From Roseibacillus sp. (GTDB lineage Bacteria; Verrucomicrobiota; Verrucomicrobiia; Verrucomicrobiales; Akkermansiaceae): DNA of 64,000 bases. Of this stretch, positions 50,893-61,951 are shown one piece after another. A program made the translations under genes and the position numbers. The notes under the pieces were generated by a model. The model had not been told where the DNA came from. It made no database searches and worked only from the letters and a program-made list of their open reading frames with translations. Position 1 is the first letter of the stretch. The number at the start of each line of letters is the position of its first letter. The stretch spans positions 1,600,001 through 1,664,000 of the forward strand of contig JBPOGI010000001.1 in NCBI GenBank assembly GCA_051251855.1, in the 5' to 3' direction.

Positions 50893-52881
50893 ATGAATCT
50901 GTTCTTCGTCCTGTTTTTTGGAACAGTGCTCACCGTATTGTCCAATCCATCTCCGGTGATAGTGACGACGTTTGAAGACGAAGACGATGGCGCGCTCTCT
51001 CTCACCCAACTCGAGGATATTTCCCTGCGCGAAGCCATCCTCTACTCCGAAGAAGGGGCGACCATCTCCTTTGCAGACGAATCCAGCGCAGGGCTGCCTC
51101 TTAACGCCATCATCACTCTCGAAAGTCCTCTCGTTATCGAACGCAGCCTCAACATCGACGCGTCCGCCCGCCAGAGCGGAATCATCATTGATGGACGTGG
51201 AAACGGAGACGACGCTCTTGATTTTGAGGAAGACCCGCAGTCAGTCGGGAGTTCAGTGACCTTTCACGAAAACCGTTGCTTGATGATTCTAGGAAATAGC
51301 GGGAACAAGCCAGAGGTCCTATTGGACAATCTGACGGTTCAAAATGGAACCGCCTTTCATTGCGGTGGTAATATTTTCGCCTATTTCACCAACCTTACCG
51401 TGAAAAACTGCTCAATTAAAGAGGGCCGCGCCTTGTCTCTACGCCTATTCTACGATCCAAATTTCCCATCGTCCCATCTCTCTTTTGACCGATATTATGG
51501 CGGAGGCGGGCTCTACTGCTATGGCTGCGATGTTGCCTTAGAAGATTCCGTTTTTGAAAGCAATCGCCTCAACGTTCATCAGGGAACATCCTTTCTTGAA
51601 AATCGAGATACCGACTTCAGTCATGTAGAGCCAAGGTTGGCTGGAGCAGGGGTTAATTTATCTAATAGCACCGTTCAAATGACCGGCTGTCGCATCATCT
51701 CCAATCATGCAGAGGGCACTTCGCTTGAACACTCTTCCGACCACATTTACGGAGGCGGGGTCGCCGTTCTCCGGAACTCTACTGCTACAATCGACCAATG
51801 CCTCGTTGAAGACAACTCATCCCACGGTAGTCAATCTGATGGCGGTGGAATCTTTACGAGCCAGAGCCAATTAACTCTGACAAACAGCTCAATCATTAAC
51901 AACCGCACGGAAGGAGGCTCTTCGGACGGAGCTGGCGTTCTTCTCACAGCCAATCGGGTTGGCCTCAACATTATCGAAAATTGCACCCTCGCCGACAACC
52001 ACAACGCAGACGCTCATGGCGGTGGCATTAGCTGCTGGAGTTCTCCCCTCCTTATTTCTCACTGTACAATAGTCGATAACTTTGCTCCCGAAGGCCATGG
52101 AGGAGGGGTCTTCGCGGCCTACACCGGTTCGTCTCGTGAGGTCTTCCTCCAAAATTCGATCGTCGCCGCAAACTCACAGCAACAAATTGCATTTTGGAAT
52201 GAAACCGAAAAAATTTCGAGCATAGGAGGCAATGTCTTTGGCTCAAATTTAGTGGAACCTGATAGCGGAATTCTAACTCTTTCACCCCTTGACCATCTAT
52301 CGGTAGCCGACCCCCTCCTTCTTCCTCTAGGACTTTATGGAGGCTTTGGCCCCACTCGCCCCCCAGCGCCGGTTTCCCCTGCCCTCAACGCCGGCGTTTT
52401 CTCATTAACCGCTCACGACCAACACCAGAATTCTCGCTTCCACGGATTTCCCGATAGCGGATCGGTCGAACATGTTTCGACCGAAGATTGGGACTCAGTG
52501 CGAGACGAAGATTGGGACGGAGATGGACTCAGTCTCAGCACCGAACTAGCGATCGGAAGCGATCCCTATTCCGCTGACAGCCTTTCGAGGTTATCCCCCT
52601 TCGATATGAGAGTCTCCGATGGCGAAGCGCTTTTTTCAGCCCCTTATTCTAACGAAGCGTTCCTCGGCACGCGCTGGCAAGTGAGCCGCTCCCCCGATCT
52701 CGTTGGCGAATTCGACCCCATATTCATCTACGAATACGGCACCGGTCTAATTCTAGGTGATTTTTCATCCTTTTTTAGGACCAGTGACGACCTGTTCCAA
52801 ATTGAAGATCCCAATCCTGCCGAAGAAAAAGCGTTCTATCGCCTCGAGGTAATTGACGCAGGCAATGCCCCCTCTGATTAG
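50893..52881 (+). CDS. Secreted parallel beta-helix protein with choice-of-anchor Q-like region
   Basis: SLREAI, repeated GGG+hydrophobic and NxxxxxN motifs, DPLLLPLGLYGG..T..P..SPALNAG, DWDGDG, C-terminal AFYRL. Confidence 0.75.
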   Translation: MNLFFVLFFGTVLTVLSNPSPVIVTTFEDEDDGALSLTQLEDISLREAILYSEEGATISFADESSAGLPLNAIITLESPLVIERSLNIDASARQSGIIIDGRGNGDDALDFEEDPQSVGSSVTFHENRCLMILGNSGNKPEVLLDNLTVQNGTAFHCGGNIFAYFTNLTVKNCSIKEGRALSLRLFYDPNFPSSHLSFDRYYGGGGLYCYGCDVALEDSVFESNRLNVHQGTSFLENRDTDFSHVEPRLAGAGVNLSNSTVQMTGCRIISNHAEGTSLEHSSDHIYGGGVAVLRNSTATIDQCLVEDNSSHGSQSDGGGIFTSQSQLTLTNSSIINNRTEGGSSDGAGVLLTANRVGLNIIENCTLADNHNADAHGGGISCWSSPLLISHCTIVDNFAPEGHGGGVFAAYTGSSREVFLQNSIVAANSQQQIAFWNETEKISSIGGNVFGSNLVEPDSGILTLSPLDHLSVADPLLLPLGLYGGFGPTRPPAPVSPALNAGVFSLTAHDQHQNSRFHGFPDSGSVEHVSTEDWDSVRDEDWDGDGLSLSTELAIGSDPYSADSLSRLSPFDMRVSDGEALFSAPYSNEAFLGTRWQVSRSPDLVGEFDPIFIYEYGTGLILGDFSSFFRTSDDLFQIEDPNPAEEKAFYRLEVIDAGNAPSD

Positions 52882-52998
52882 TGTTGTCCGTGTCGTGCGA
52901 TGCAATTCACCCAAACACATTGGGCGGACATGAATCAGTCCAAATAATTACATTCTCCTGACACATCACCTAGTTTCGGCATGCTATCGTTCAGCGTC

Positions 52999-53496
52999 AT
53001 GAAAAAGATACTCCTTACCTTATCCCTCCTCATTGCATCGCTTCAGCTGTCCTTTGCCGGAGGCAGCACCTCGCTTGTGAAACTCCATAAGATGACCTCG
53101 ATCAAGATCGAGGCAGAAAGAATCATCATTGTGGGTAGCGGCATGCTGCAAAAGCGGGTCATGAGCGATGCGGAACACGGCGATAGCACGGCCTTGGGTC
53201 AGCCGACCCAATGGCTTCACGCCAAAGTAACCGATTGTGATTTCGAGATCGTCCCCTACTTCACCCAAAGTGATACGGCGGAAGTTTCCGGGCCCGACTC
53301 CGAGAAAATCGCTCTGGAAATGAAGACGAAAAGTAAAGAGTGGTGGGCGGCAACTCTGGCGAGAGCAAAAAAGTTCAAGGTCGGCGATGCTATTTCAATC
53401 GGCTACCAGAGCGAAAAAATGACCCTCACGAACTTCTCTGTCACCAAAATCGTAGGTGCAGGTACCATCCAAACTCGCGAGGTTGAGAAGGAATAG
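52999..53496 (+). CDS. Hypothetical secreted protein
   Basis: Signal peptide MKKILLTLSLLIASLQLSFA; extended -10 TGCTATCGT 8 nt upstream. Confidence 0.7.
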   Translation: MKKILLTLSLLIASLQLSFAGGSTSLVKLHKMTSIKIEAERIIIVGSGMLQKRVMSDAEHGDSTALGQPTQWLHAKVTDCDFEIVPYFTQSDTAEVSGPDSEKIALEMKTKSKEWWAATLARAKKFKVGDAISIGYQSEKMTLTNFSVTKIVGAGTIQTREVEKE

Positions 53497-53601
53497 CTCT
53501 CCCAAATTTCATTTTAGGCGCCCAAGCCCCGTCCATTGATTTGCACTTTATTCGACGCAAAAAAATGGACCTTCGCGCGGTTCTCAGCCAAGTTCCCTCT
53601 G

Positions 53602-54888
53602 ATGTCAGTTGGACCCCTTTCTCAGAAGATTTTTGCCCGCGCTAAGACCCTGATCCCAGGTGGAGTCAATTCCCCCGTGCGTGCCTTTAAGAACGTCGAT
53701 GGCGACCCCTTCTTTGTGCGCCGCGCCAAGGGCTCTCGCATTGAGGACATCGACGGCAAGCACTACATCGATTACGTCGGTTCATGGGGCCCCAACATCC
53801 TCGGCCACGCGCCCATCCCCGTCACCAATGCTATTCACGAAGCAGCCAAAGACGGCGTCTCCTACGGCATTCCTCACGTCGGCGAAGTCGAGATGGCGCA
53901 AAAAATCGTCGATTGGGTTCCCTCCGTCGAGAAGGTTCGCATGACGAACTCCGGCACCGAAGCCACCATGTCTTGCGTGCGTCTCGCTCGCGGCTTCACG
54001 GGTCGAGACAAGATCATCAAGTTCGAAGGCCACTACCACGGCCATGTCGACTCCCTCCTCGTCGCGGCCGGTTCCGGAGCCCTTACCTTCGGCGAACCCG
54101 ATTCAGCAGGCATCCCCAAAAGCTTCGCAGCCGAAACCATCACCCTGCCCTACAACGACCCCGAACGACTCGAAGAAGCCTTTGCCAAATTCGGCGACCA
54201 AATCGCTGCCGTCATCACCGAGTCCTATCCTGCCAACGCCGGACTCATCTTTCCGCGCCCCGGCTTTCTCCAACTCATGCGCGACCTCACTACAAAGCAT
54301 GGCTCACTTCTTATCTTTGACGAAGTCATGACCGGCTTCCGCCTCGCAAAAGGTGGCGTGCAAGAACTCGAAAACTTCACCGCCGATCTCGTCGCAATGG
54401 GCAAAGTCATTGGCGGCGGCCTTCCTGTCGGAGCCTTTGGAGGCCGTGCCGACATCATGGAGCACCTCGCGCCCAACGGTCCCGTTTACCAAGCTGGCAC
54501 CCTCTCCGGAAACCCCCTCGCTATGGTCGCGGGACTCACCCAGCTCCGCGAACTCGAACATAACAGCGGCTACCGCAGACTCGACGAACTCGGAGGCCGC
54601 TTCGCCGATGGCCTTCGCAAAGTCCTCACCGAAAAAGGCATTCCCCACCGCCTCAACCAAGTCGGCTCCATGTTCTGTCTCTACTTCCTCGACGAAGACA
54701 TCATCAACGTCGATACCGTTACCAAACAAGACTTCGACATCTTTAAAAAGCTCTTCTGGTCCTGCCTCGACGAAGGCGTCTACCTCGCCCCCAGCCCCTA
54801 CGAAACCGGCTTCATCTCCATGGCCCATACCAACGACGACATCGACGAGACTCTCGAAGTCATCGAAAAAACGGTTTCGGGTTGGTAA
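53602..54888 (+). CDS. hemL: Glutamate-1-semialdehyde 2,1-aminomutase
   Basis: PGGVNSPVRAF, NSGTEATM, FDEVMTGFR, GKVIGGGLP, YQAGTLSGNP. Start ATG 53602. Confidence 0.97.
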   Translation: MSVGPLSQKIFARAKTLIPGGVNSPVRAFKNVDGDPFFVRRAKGSRIEDIDGKHYIDYVGSWGPNILGHAPIPVTNAIHEAAKDGVSYGIPHVGEVEMAQKIVDWVPSVEKVRMTNSGTEATMSCVRLARGFTGRDKIIKFEGHYHGHVDSLLVAAGSGALTFGEPDSAGIPKSFAAETITLPYNDPERLEEAFAKFGDQIAAVITESYPANAGLIFPRPGFLQLMRDLTTKHGSLLIFDEVMTGFRLAKGGVQELENFTADLVAMGKVIGGGLPVGAFGGRADIMEHLAPNGPVYQAGTLSGNPLAMVAGLTQLRELEHNSGYRRLDELGGRFADGLRKVLTEKGIPHRLNQVGSMFCLYFLDEDIINVDTVTKQDFDIFKKLFWSCLDEGVYLAPSPYETGFISMAHTNDDIDETLEVIEKTVSGW

Positions 54889-54916
54889 CCGAAAGGAGCG
54901 CTCAAGACTCCTTCAC

Positions 54917-54992
54917 GGAGGGGCGGCCTTTACTGCCGCACACCACTGCAATCGTCCTACCAGCACCCAGCGGCAATAAAGGCCTCCGCTCC
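54917..54992. repeat. Inverted REP pair between convergent hemL and asnS
   Basis: GGAGGGGCGGCCTTTACTGCCGC / GCGGCAATAAAGGCCTCCGCTCC; ends in CCATCAGGTC as at 30111-30120. Confidence 0.75.
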
Positions 54993-55041
54993 ATCAGGTC
55001 TACAACCCTGCTCTAAACGACCCCAGACCTACATCTTCCAG

Positions 55042-56406
55042 CTAAAACTCGCAATTCCCCGGCGTCCTTGGGAACGGGATCACGTCCCGAATGTTCGCCA
55101 CTCCCGTCACGAACATAATCAAGCGCTCGAACCCAAGGCCAAAACCAGCATGAGGAACCGAACCATACTTGCGTAGGTCCAGATACCATTCATAACCCTC
55201 GCTCAACCCTTCGGCATCCATCTCAGCCTTCAATAACTCATAGCGCTCTTCCCTCTGACTCCCGCCAATCAACTCCCCAATCCCGGGCACTAACAAGTCC
55301 ATGGCCGCGACCGTCTTACCATCCTCATTCTGACGCATATAGAACGGCTTAATCTCCTTAGGATAGTTGTAGACGGTCACCGGAGCCTTAAAGTGCTTCT
55401 CGGTCAAATAGCGTTCATGCTCACTTTGCAAATTCTCCCCCCAAGATACGGGATAATCGAAGGTCGCTCCGCTCTTCTCAAGAATTTCCACCGCTTCGGT
55501 ATAACTCACCCGCACAAACGGCTTCTCTAACACCTGTCTCAGTCTCGGCTCCAACTCCTTGTCCACGAACTTGGAAAAGAGCGCAAAATCCTCCGGCATC
55601 TCCTCAACGACCACCCGCACCATCTCGCGCACGAACTCTTCTGCCAGCGCCATATCGCCTTCTAAATCACAAAACGCCACCTCCGGCTCAATCATCCAAA
55701 ACTCCGCCGCATGCCTTGACGTATGCGAGTTCTCCGCCCGAAAGGTGGGCCCAAAGGTATAAATATTCGAGAGAGCACACGCAAAGGTCTCTCCCTCCAA
55801 CTGACCACTGACCGTCAAATAAGCCGCCTTCTCGAAAAAGTCCTCCTCTGGCTTCCCGCCGCCCTTCATGGGGTCATGTATCGTGGCTCGAAACATCTCT
55901 CCTGCTCCTTCGCAATCACTTGCCGTCAAAATCGGGGTATGCACATTCACAAAATCCCGCTCCGCGAAAAAGCGATGCACCGCCTGCGTCAACCCACTGC
56001 GCACCCGAAAAATCGCCCCATACAAATTCGCCCGCGGACGCAAATGAGCAATCTCCCGCATGAACTCTGCAGAATGCCGCTTCTTCTGCAGCGGATAATC
56101 CTCCGGAGCCTCACCCACCAGCGCAACCGTCGTCGCCCGCATCTCCCACGCCTGCCCTTTCGCTGGCGAAGCCACCAGATCTCCCGTCACCTGCACCGAA
56201 GCCCCCGTCAACATGCGCTTCACATCTTCCGACCCTGGAATCCCCTCATCCACCACCACCTGCAAGCTCCCCAGACAGGAACCATCGTTCACTTCTAGAA
56301 ACGAAAACCCCTTTGCATCCCGCCGTGTCCGCACCCATCCCGCCACCGTCACCCCAGACCGTTCTTCCGAACTTTCCAAAACCCGTCGAATCAACTCACG
56401 CTTCAT
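55042..56406 (-). CDS. asnS: Asparagine--tRNA ligase
   Basis: [43 protein letters not shown]. Start ATG 56406. Confidence 0.97.
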   Translation of the reverse strand: MKRELIRRVLESSEERSGVTVAGWVRTRRDAKGFSFLEVNDGSCLGSLQVVVDEGIPGSEDVKRMLTGASVQVTGDLVASPAKGQAWEMRATTVALVGEAPEDYPLQKKRHSAEFMREIAHLRPRANLYGAIFRVRSGLTQAVHRFFAERDFVNVHTPILTASDCEGAGEMFRATIHDPMKGGGKPEEDFFEKAAYLTVSGQLEGETFACALSNIYTFGPTFRAENSHTSRHAAEFWMIEPEVAFCDLEGDMALAEEFVREMVRVVVEEMPEDFALFSKFVDKELEPRLRQVLEKPFVRVSYTEAVEILEKSGATFDYPVSWGENLQSEHERYLTEKHFKAPVTVYNYPKEIKPFYMRQNEDGKTVAAMDLLVPGIGELIGGSQREERYELLKAEMDAEGLSEGYEWYLDLRKYGSVPHAGFGLGFERLIMFVTGVANIRDVIPFPRTPGNCEF

Positions 56407-56560
56407 CGCCCACTTTTCGCGGAGAAAGACCTCAAACTCAAGCACTGCCTCTGACCGAACACACAAAAAGAACCTCGCGAGCGACCCTCCATTGAGCCTT
56501 GGCAAACTCGGAAGGTTTCTGATAACAGTCCTTAAAGAGCCTCTTCGAAGGCCGTAGTCC

Positions 56561-59500
56561 ATGATTGTTAGACAACTCCAGATTCTGCCCCTCCTTCTTC
56601 TGGCTCCCTACCTCCTTGGCGAAACACCTCTTTTTCAACTCGTTCCAGCGAGCGAATCGGGTATCGACCACCAAAACGAATGGAGCGCTCCCGCCGACGA
56701 CCCTTACAGTTTCAATTCCTATGCCCCTTTGAGCGGAGTGGCTTTGGCCGATATCGACCAGGACGGCGACCTCGACCTCTTTCTCGGCAACCAACAAGAA
56801 GGCGGAAATCTCTATCGCAACTTGGGCGGCTTTAAGTTCAAAAACGTCACCAAAGAGGTCGGCCTAAAGATTCATGGAAAATGGTCAACTGGGGTGACTT
56901 TTGCCGATGTCAATAACGACGGTTTTCCCGACCTCTACCTTTGCCGCTACAAGGAGCCCAACGCTCTTTTTCTCAATCAAGGCGACGGAACATTTCAAGA
57001 CGCTTCCGCCGCCTCAGGTCTCAACTTTCAGGGAGCCTCCACCATGGCCGCCTTTGCTGATTTTGACCGCGATGGTGACCTTGACTGCTACCTACTCACC
57101 AATCGTATCGCGGCCCCTGAAGGCCTGAAAGCCGACGCAACCACTGTCGACGGAAAGCTTACTCTACCCGAAGAAGCTCAGGAGTTCAAAAACATCGTCT
57201 ACGACAAGGATGGCCAGTATCACATTATCGAATCGGGACAGCGGGACTATCTCTTTCAAAATGATGGCAAAGGAGGGTTCACGGACATCACCAAGTCAGC
57301 CGGCCTCTACGACTCAACCGCACCAGGCCTTTCTGCCACGTGGTGGGATGCCAACAACGACTTCTGGCCTGACCTCTATGTCGCCAGTGACTTCTATCAA
57401 AGCGATCATCTGTGGCTCAACGACGAGGGAAAGCAATTCGTCGATCAGCACCGCCAACAAATGCCCCATCAGCCTTGGTTCTCGATGGGCTCTGACTTTG
57501 CTGACCTCAATGGAGACGGACACTTCGATTACATTGCCACTGATATGTCTCCCAGTTCTCACTTTCGCTCCAAGCTGACCATGGGCGACATGTCGGTAGA
57601 GTCTTGGTTCCTCGATTCATCCGACCCGCCCCAAATGATGCGCAATGCCGTCTATCTCAATGGCGGCAATGGTCATTTTATGGAAATGGCCCACCAGCTT
57701 GATTTGGATTCCACAGACTGGACTTGGGCGGTTCGTGCGACGGACCTCAATTGCGATGGCCATCAGGACCTCTTCTTCTCCACGGGAATGATCCGCGATA
57801 TTGAAAACAGTGACCTCAACATCGAGCTTCAAGCCCTTCTCTCCAAAATCCCCGCCTCCGACCGAGCGACTCGCACCAGAATCAGCGTTGACTTCTGGAA
57901 TAAGCTTCTGCCCCAAAAAGAACACAACTTCGCCTTTCGCAACACTGGCGACCTTGCCTTTGAAGACCAGACTCAAGCCTGGGGACTCGACGGCAAAGCA
58001 GTCAGCAGCGGAGTCGCCACCGGTGATCTCGATAACGACGGTGACCCCGACCTTATCGTCATGAACTTTCAGGAGGCTCCCTCCATTTATCGCAACAACA
58101 GCGAGAACGGGCGCCTCAAAGTCCGGCTTCAAGGTGAGACAAGTAATCGTGAAGGTATCGGCTCCCGCCTCATTCTCACTCGACCTGATGGCACCGAGGA
58201 CCACCGTTTTATTTCCCTCTCTCGCGGCTTCCTCTCATCCAGCGGACCGGAAGAGATTTTCGGACTAGGCAGTCAGAGTGGTGATTCGTCGCTGCGTGTC
58301 ATCTGGCCGTCGGGCAAAGAACAAACACTCACCAAAATCGCCCCCGGCTCCACCATCGAAGTTCGCGAACAAGAATCTGGACCAGCGACGACCAAGCCCG
58401 TCGTCCCCACCCCCTCCCCCCTCTTCTCCTCGAGTGATCTACTCTCCACCTTCGCTCATCGCGAAAACACCGACTACGACGAATTCCTCGCCGAACCCCT
58501 CCTTCCGCAGCGAGTCTCACAACTCGGTCCCGGCCTCGCGGTCGGCGACCTCAACCAAGATGGCTGGGACGACCTTCTGCTATCGGGTTCCTCTGGGCAT
58601 CACACTTTTCTCGCCTTCCTCACCCCCAACGGACTCGCTTCCATGGCTCCCTCGCAAGAGACCCTCAATAGCCTGCAGGAAACCGAAGTTCTCGCGCCCC
58701 TGCTCTTCGATGCTGACCGCGACGGCGACCTCGATCTCTTTCTCGCCGCCGGAGGCTCCGAAGCAAAGAACGGCGAACCGCCCCTGCAGGACCGCCTCCT
58801 CATCAACGTGGGCAAAGGCATTCTCAAGCCAGCCCCCACCGACGCCCTCCCCGACCTTCGTTTTAGCAGTGGTCCGGCCGCCGCTGCCGACTACGACCGC
58901 GATGGCGACCTCGACCTCTTTGTCGGAGGACGCATCAATCCGAGCAATTACCCAACCAGTCCACGATCGGCTCTCCTTCGCAACGACTCTGAGCCTCGAA
59001 AGCCCCTCTTTACTGACCTCACGAAAAAAGCCGGCCTCGAAAACCTTGGCATGGTCACTTCCGCTCTTTGGTCGGACGTCAACGATGACGGATGGCCCGA
59101 CCTCTTACTCGCTCTCGACTGGGGCTCCATCACTCTTTTCATCAACAACAAGGGAACTCTAGAAAACGCGACCGCCTCTTCAGGACTCGCTACCTACACG
59201 GGTTGGTTCAATAGTATTTCCGGTGGCGACATCGACCATGATGGCGACCTCGACTACGTTGTTGGCAACTTCGGCCGCAATACCAAATACCACCCCACTC
59301 CCGCCGCACCGACGCGCATTTACTACGGCGACTTCGATGACTCCGGCAAAGGCCAAATTGTGGAGGCGGCCATCAAGAAAGGCGAACTCCTCCCTATTCG
59401 AGGAAAAAGCTGCTCCCAAAACGCGATGCCTTTCCTCGAGAAAAAATTTCCTACCTACCAATCCTTCGCCGTTAAGGGCCTCACCGATATTTACTCCGAA

Positions 59501-60190
59501 GACAAACTCGCCACCTCCCTTACCTTCGAGGCCAACACCCTCGATTCACTCCTTCTCATCAATGACGGCAACGGAAAATTCACCATTCGCTCTTTGCCCA
59601 CCCTTGCTCAAGTCGCGCCCACCTTTGGAACCACCATTGCGGACCTCAATGGCGACACCCATCCCGACCTCGTTCTCGCCCAAAACTTCTACGGACCTCA
59701 GCGTGAGACCGGCCGCTTCGATGGCGGACTGAGCTTGCTCCTTCTTGGCGACGGCAGCGGAAATTTCAATCCCGTCTGGCCCAACGAAAGCGGCATCTCT
59801 GTCAAAGGCGACGCCACCGCCCTCGTCGTATCCGACTTCAACCAAGACCAAAAGCCCGACCTCGCCATCGCGACCAACAACGGCCCCACTCACACCTTTC
59901 TCAATCAGGAAAAGAGCAACACTTTCCGCACCCTGAAGCTGAAAGGGCCTCCGGGTAATCCCACCGCTGTCGGCAGTCGCGTCACCCTCCAATACGGCCT
60001 CAACGAGCAACGCATCTTCGAAGTCAGCTGCGGCGGCGGCTATCTTTCCCAATCCTCTGCGACCCACTTCATCGGTGAACCCGCCGACCTCAAGTTAAAC
60101 GGAATGAAAATTCGTTGGCCCAACGGCAAAACTCAATCGATCACGCCTCCCTCTTCCGGCCCAATCCTCGTGGAACAAGAATCTCCGTGA
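56561..60190 (+). CDS. Secreted FG-GAP/VCBS repeat protein with two ASPIC/UnbV-like domains (CRTAC1-like)
   Basis: Many DxDxDGxxDL repeats; [17 protein letters not shown] and [18 protein letters not shown]. Confidence 0.88.
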   Translation: MIVRQLQILPLLLLAPYLLGETPLFQLVPASESGIDHQNEWSAPADDPYSFNSYAPLSGVALADIDQDGDLDLFLGNQQEGGNLYRNLGGFKFKNVTKEVGLKIHGKWSTGVTFADVNNDGFPDLYLCRYKEPNALFLNQGDGTFQDASAASGLNFQGASTMAAFADFDRDGDLDCYLLTNRIAAPEGLKADATTVDGKLTLPEEAQEFKNIVYDKDGQYHIIESGQRDYLFQNDGKGGFTDITKSAGLYDSTAPGLSATWWDANNDFWPDLYVASDFYQSDHLWLNDEGKQFVDQHRQQMPHQPWFSMGSDFADLNGDGHFDYIATDMSPSSHFRSKLTMGDMSVESWFLDSSDPPQMMRNAVYLNGGNGHFMEMAHQLDLDSTDWTWAVRATDLNCDGHQDLFFSTGMIRDIENSDLNIELQALLSKIPASDRATRTRISVDFWNKLLPQKEHNFAFRNTGDLAFEDQTQAWGLDGKAVSSGVATGDLDNDGDPDLIVMNFQEAPSIYRNNSENGRLKVRLQGETSNREGIGSRLILTRPDGTEDHRFISLSRGFLSSSGPEEIFGLGSQSGDSSLRVIWPSGKEQTLTKIAPGSTIEVREQESGPATTKPVVPTPSPLFSSSDLLSTFAHRENTDYDEFLAEPLLPQRVSQLGPGLAVGDLNQDGWDDLLLSGSSGHHTFLAFLTPNGLASMAPSQETLNSLQETEVLAPLLFDADRDGDLDLFLAAGGSEAKNGEPPLQDRLLINVGKGILKPAPTDALPDLRFSSGPAAAADYDRDGDLDLFVGGRINPSNYPTSPRSALLRNDSEPRKPLFTDLTKKAGLENLGMVTSALWSDVNDDGWPDLLLALDWGSITLFINNKGTLENATASSGLATYTGWFNSISGGDIDHDGDLDYVVGNFGRNTKYHPTPAAPTRIYYGDFDDSGKGQIVEAAIKKGELLPIRGKSCSQNAMPFLEKKFPTYQSFAVKGLTDIYSEDKLATSLTFEANTLDSLLLINDGNGKFTIRSLPTLAQVAPTFGTTIADLNGDTHPDLVLAQNFYGPQRETGRFDGGLSLLLLGDGSGNFNPVWPNESGISVKGDATALVVSDFNQDQKPDLAIATNNGPTHTFLNQEKSNTFRTLKLKGPPGNPTAVGSRVTLQYGLNEQRIFEVSCGGGYLSQSSATHFIGEPADLKLNGMKIRWPNGKTQSITPPSSGPILVEQESP

Positions 60191-61800
60191 CCCTTCGCCT
60201 CCTTCTCCTCTCCTCCCTCTTTCTTCTCATCTCTTGCAAAGAGGCACCACCCAACACGGACTCAGAACGTCCCAACCGTGAAGCTATCCAAAAGCGACTC
60301 GTCACCCAAAAGCCATCACTCGCATTTGGTAATGACCGAGCTTCGCAACTCGTCAAAGCCCATTGCTCCCGCTGCCATCATCTTCCCGCTCCTACTACCT
60401 TCTCCCAACAAATCTGGGTGAATCAAATCCTGCCGGAGATGGGCTGCTACTTGGGTCTTCATCACCTCATTCCCCAATACGGCGACTATCTCGAGTCCGG
60501 CTCAACCCCGGAAGAGAAAAAGCTCTACGCTGAACGCAACCTTTACCCCTCCCAACCACTCATCTCCCAAGCGGACTGGGACCAAATTGTTCTTTGGTTC
60601 CTTCAAAACAGCCCCAAGGAGATGCCCGCCAGTAGCAATCCCATCTACCCTGAACTCCCCGCAGGAAAATTCGAAGTCTCTTTCATTGGACCACCCAACC
60701 CCACCCCGCAAACCACCTACCTTCAAATCGACTCCGCCAACGCCCGCTTTTTCGCATCCGACTCCTCGGATAACAGCCTCTCTCTCTATGACGCCTCGGG
60801 TCAGCTTCAAAAGCGCAACGCAAGCCTCGCCACCTTCACGGCAGGTCAACTTTCGGACAGCGGCTCTCCCTCCCATTTTCTCGCCGTAGGCACTCTCATC
60901 CCCAACGACCAAACCACCGGAGCCATTTTCACCGGTTCAGATTCCAACAACCCCACCGACCTCTCGCCTTCTCCCATCAAGAACCTCAAGCGTCCCGTCT
61001 CGGCCGTCTGGACCGACCTCGATAACGATGGTCGCGACGAAGTAGTGGTTGCCGAGTATGGCAACAAAACCGGCCAACTCTCCCTCTACCATGAAGACTC
61101 CTCTGGAAGCCTCACGAGGAGAACTCTCAACCAAACTTCGGGAAACGTCTCCGTCAAAAGCGCCGACATGAACCAAGACGGATGGCAAGACATCATCGTC
61201 TTACGCGCTCAAGAATTGGAAGAAGTGGTCATCTACTACAATTTAGGTGATCTCAAATTCGCAGCCTCAACCGTCCTCAAATTTCATGCCGCCTGGGGAA
61301 GCAACGGGCTCGAACTTGCCGACCTCAACAACGATGGCCATCTCGACCTTCTTCTCGCCAACGGAGACAACGCCGACCTCACTCCCGTCCTCAAAAATTA
61401 CCACGGACTTCATCTCTACCTCAATGACGGCAAAGGCCGTTTCACTCTCAACCAATCCTTCCCCATCCACGGTTGCTACGGTGTCCGAGCCTTTGATGCC
61501 GACCTCGATGGCGACCTTGACCTCATCGCCTTCTCCTCCTTTGCAGATTTCGCAAACGACCAAGCGTCCGTCATCTTCTTCGAACATCAGGACGCACTTT
61601 CGTTTCAACCCTATCGCATTCCGCAATCAACTCAGTCGCGTTGGATCGTGATGGATTGCGGCGACTTGGATAACGATGGGGACGCCGACGTCGTCTTCGG
61701 AGCAAACCTTCCAGGCCCTTCCCCAATCCCCTCAACGCTCCTCGAAAGAGGCAGAGTTTTGCCCGGTCCTTTTCTTCTCCTGCGCAACCTTGCTCAGTGA
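60187..61800 (+). CDS. VCBS/FG-GAP repeat lipoprotein with c-type heme motif
   Basis: GTG overlaps the upstream TGA; lipobox LISC; CSRCH, later LPEM; DLDNDG-type repeats. Confidence 0.85.
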   Translation: MTLRLLLLSSLFLLISCKEAPPNTDSERPNREAIQKRLVTQKPSLAFGNDRASQLVKAHCSRCHHLPAPTTFSQQIWVNQILPEMGCYLGLHHLIPQYGDYLESGSTPEEKKLYAERNLYPSQPLISQADWDQIVLWFLQNSPKEMPASSNPIYPELPAGKFEVSFIGPPNPTPQTTYLQIDSANARFFASDSSDNSLSLYDASGQLQKRNASLATFTAGQLSDSGSPSHFLAVGTLIPNDQTTGAIFTGSDSNNPTDLSPSPIKNLKRPVSAVWTDLDNDGRDEVVVAEYGNKTGQLSLYHEDSSGSLTRRTLNQTSGNVSVKSADMNQDGWQDIIVLRAQELEEVVIYYNLGDLKFAASTVLKFHAAWGSNGLELADLNNDGHLDLLLANGDNADLTPVLKNYHGLHLYLNDGKGRFTLNQSFPIHGCYGVRAFDADLDGDLDLIAFSSFADFANDQASVIFFEHQDALSFQPYRIPQSTQSRWIVMDCGDLDNDGDADVVFGANLPGPSPIPSTLLERGRVLPGPFLLLRNLAQ

Positions 61801-61951
61801 CTTTCAATTTTTTGTCGAAAAGTTTGCACAAAAACCTTCCTTCAAGACATGCAAAATTTAAAGATATCTTTATATCGACAAGCTCTCTCTGATTTCTAGA
61901 ATCTTGTTAATCGACCCTATTTTTGGTCGGAAAATCGGCAATAAAACCTCT

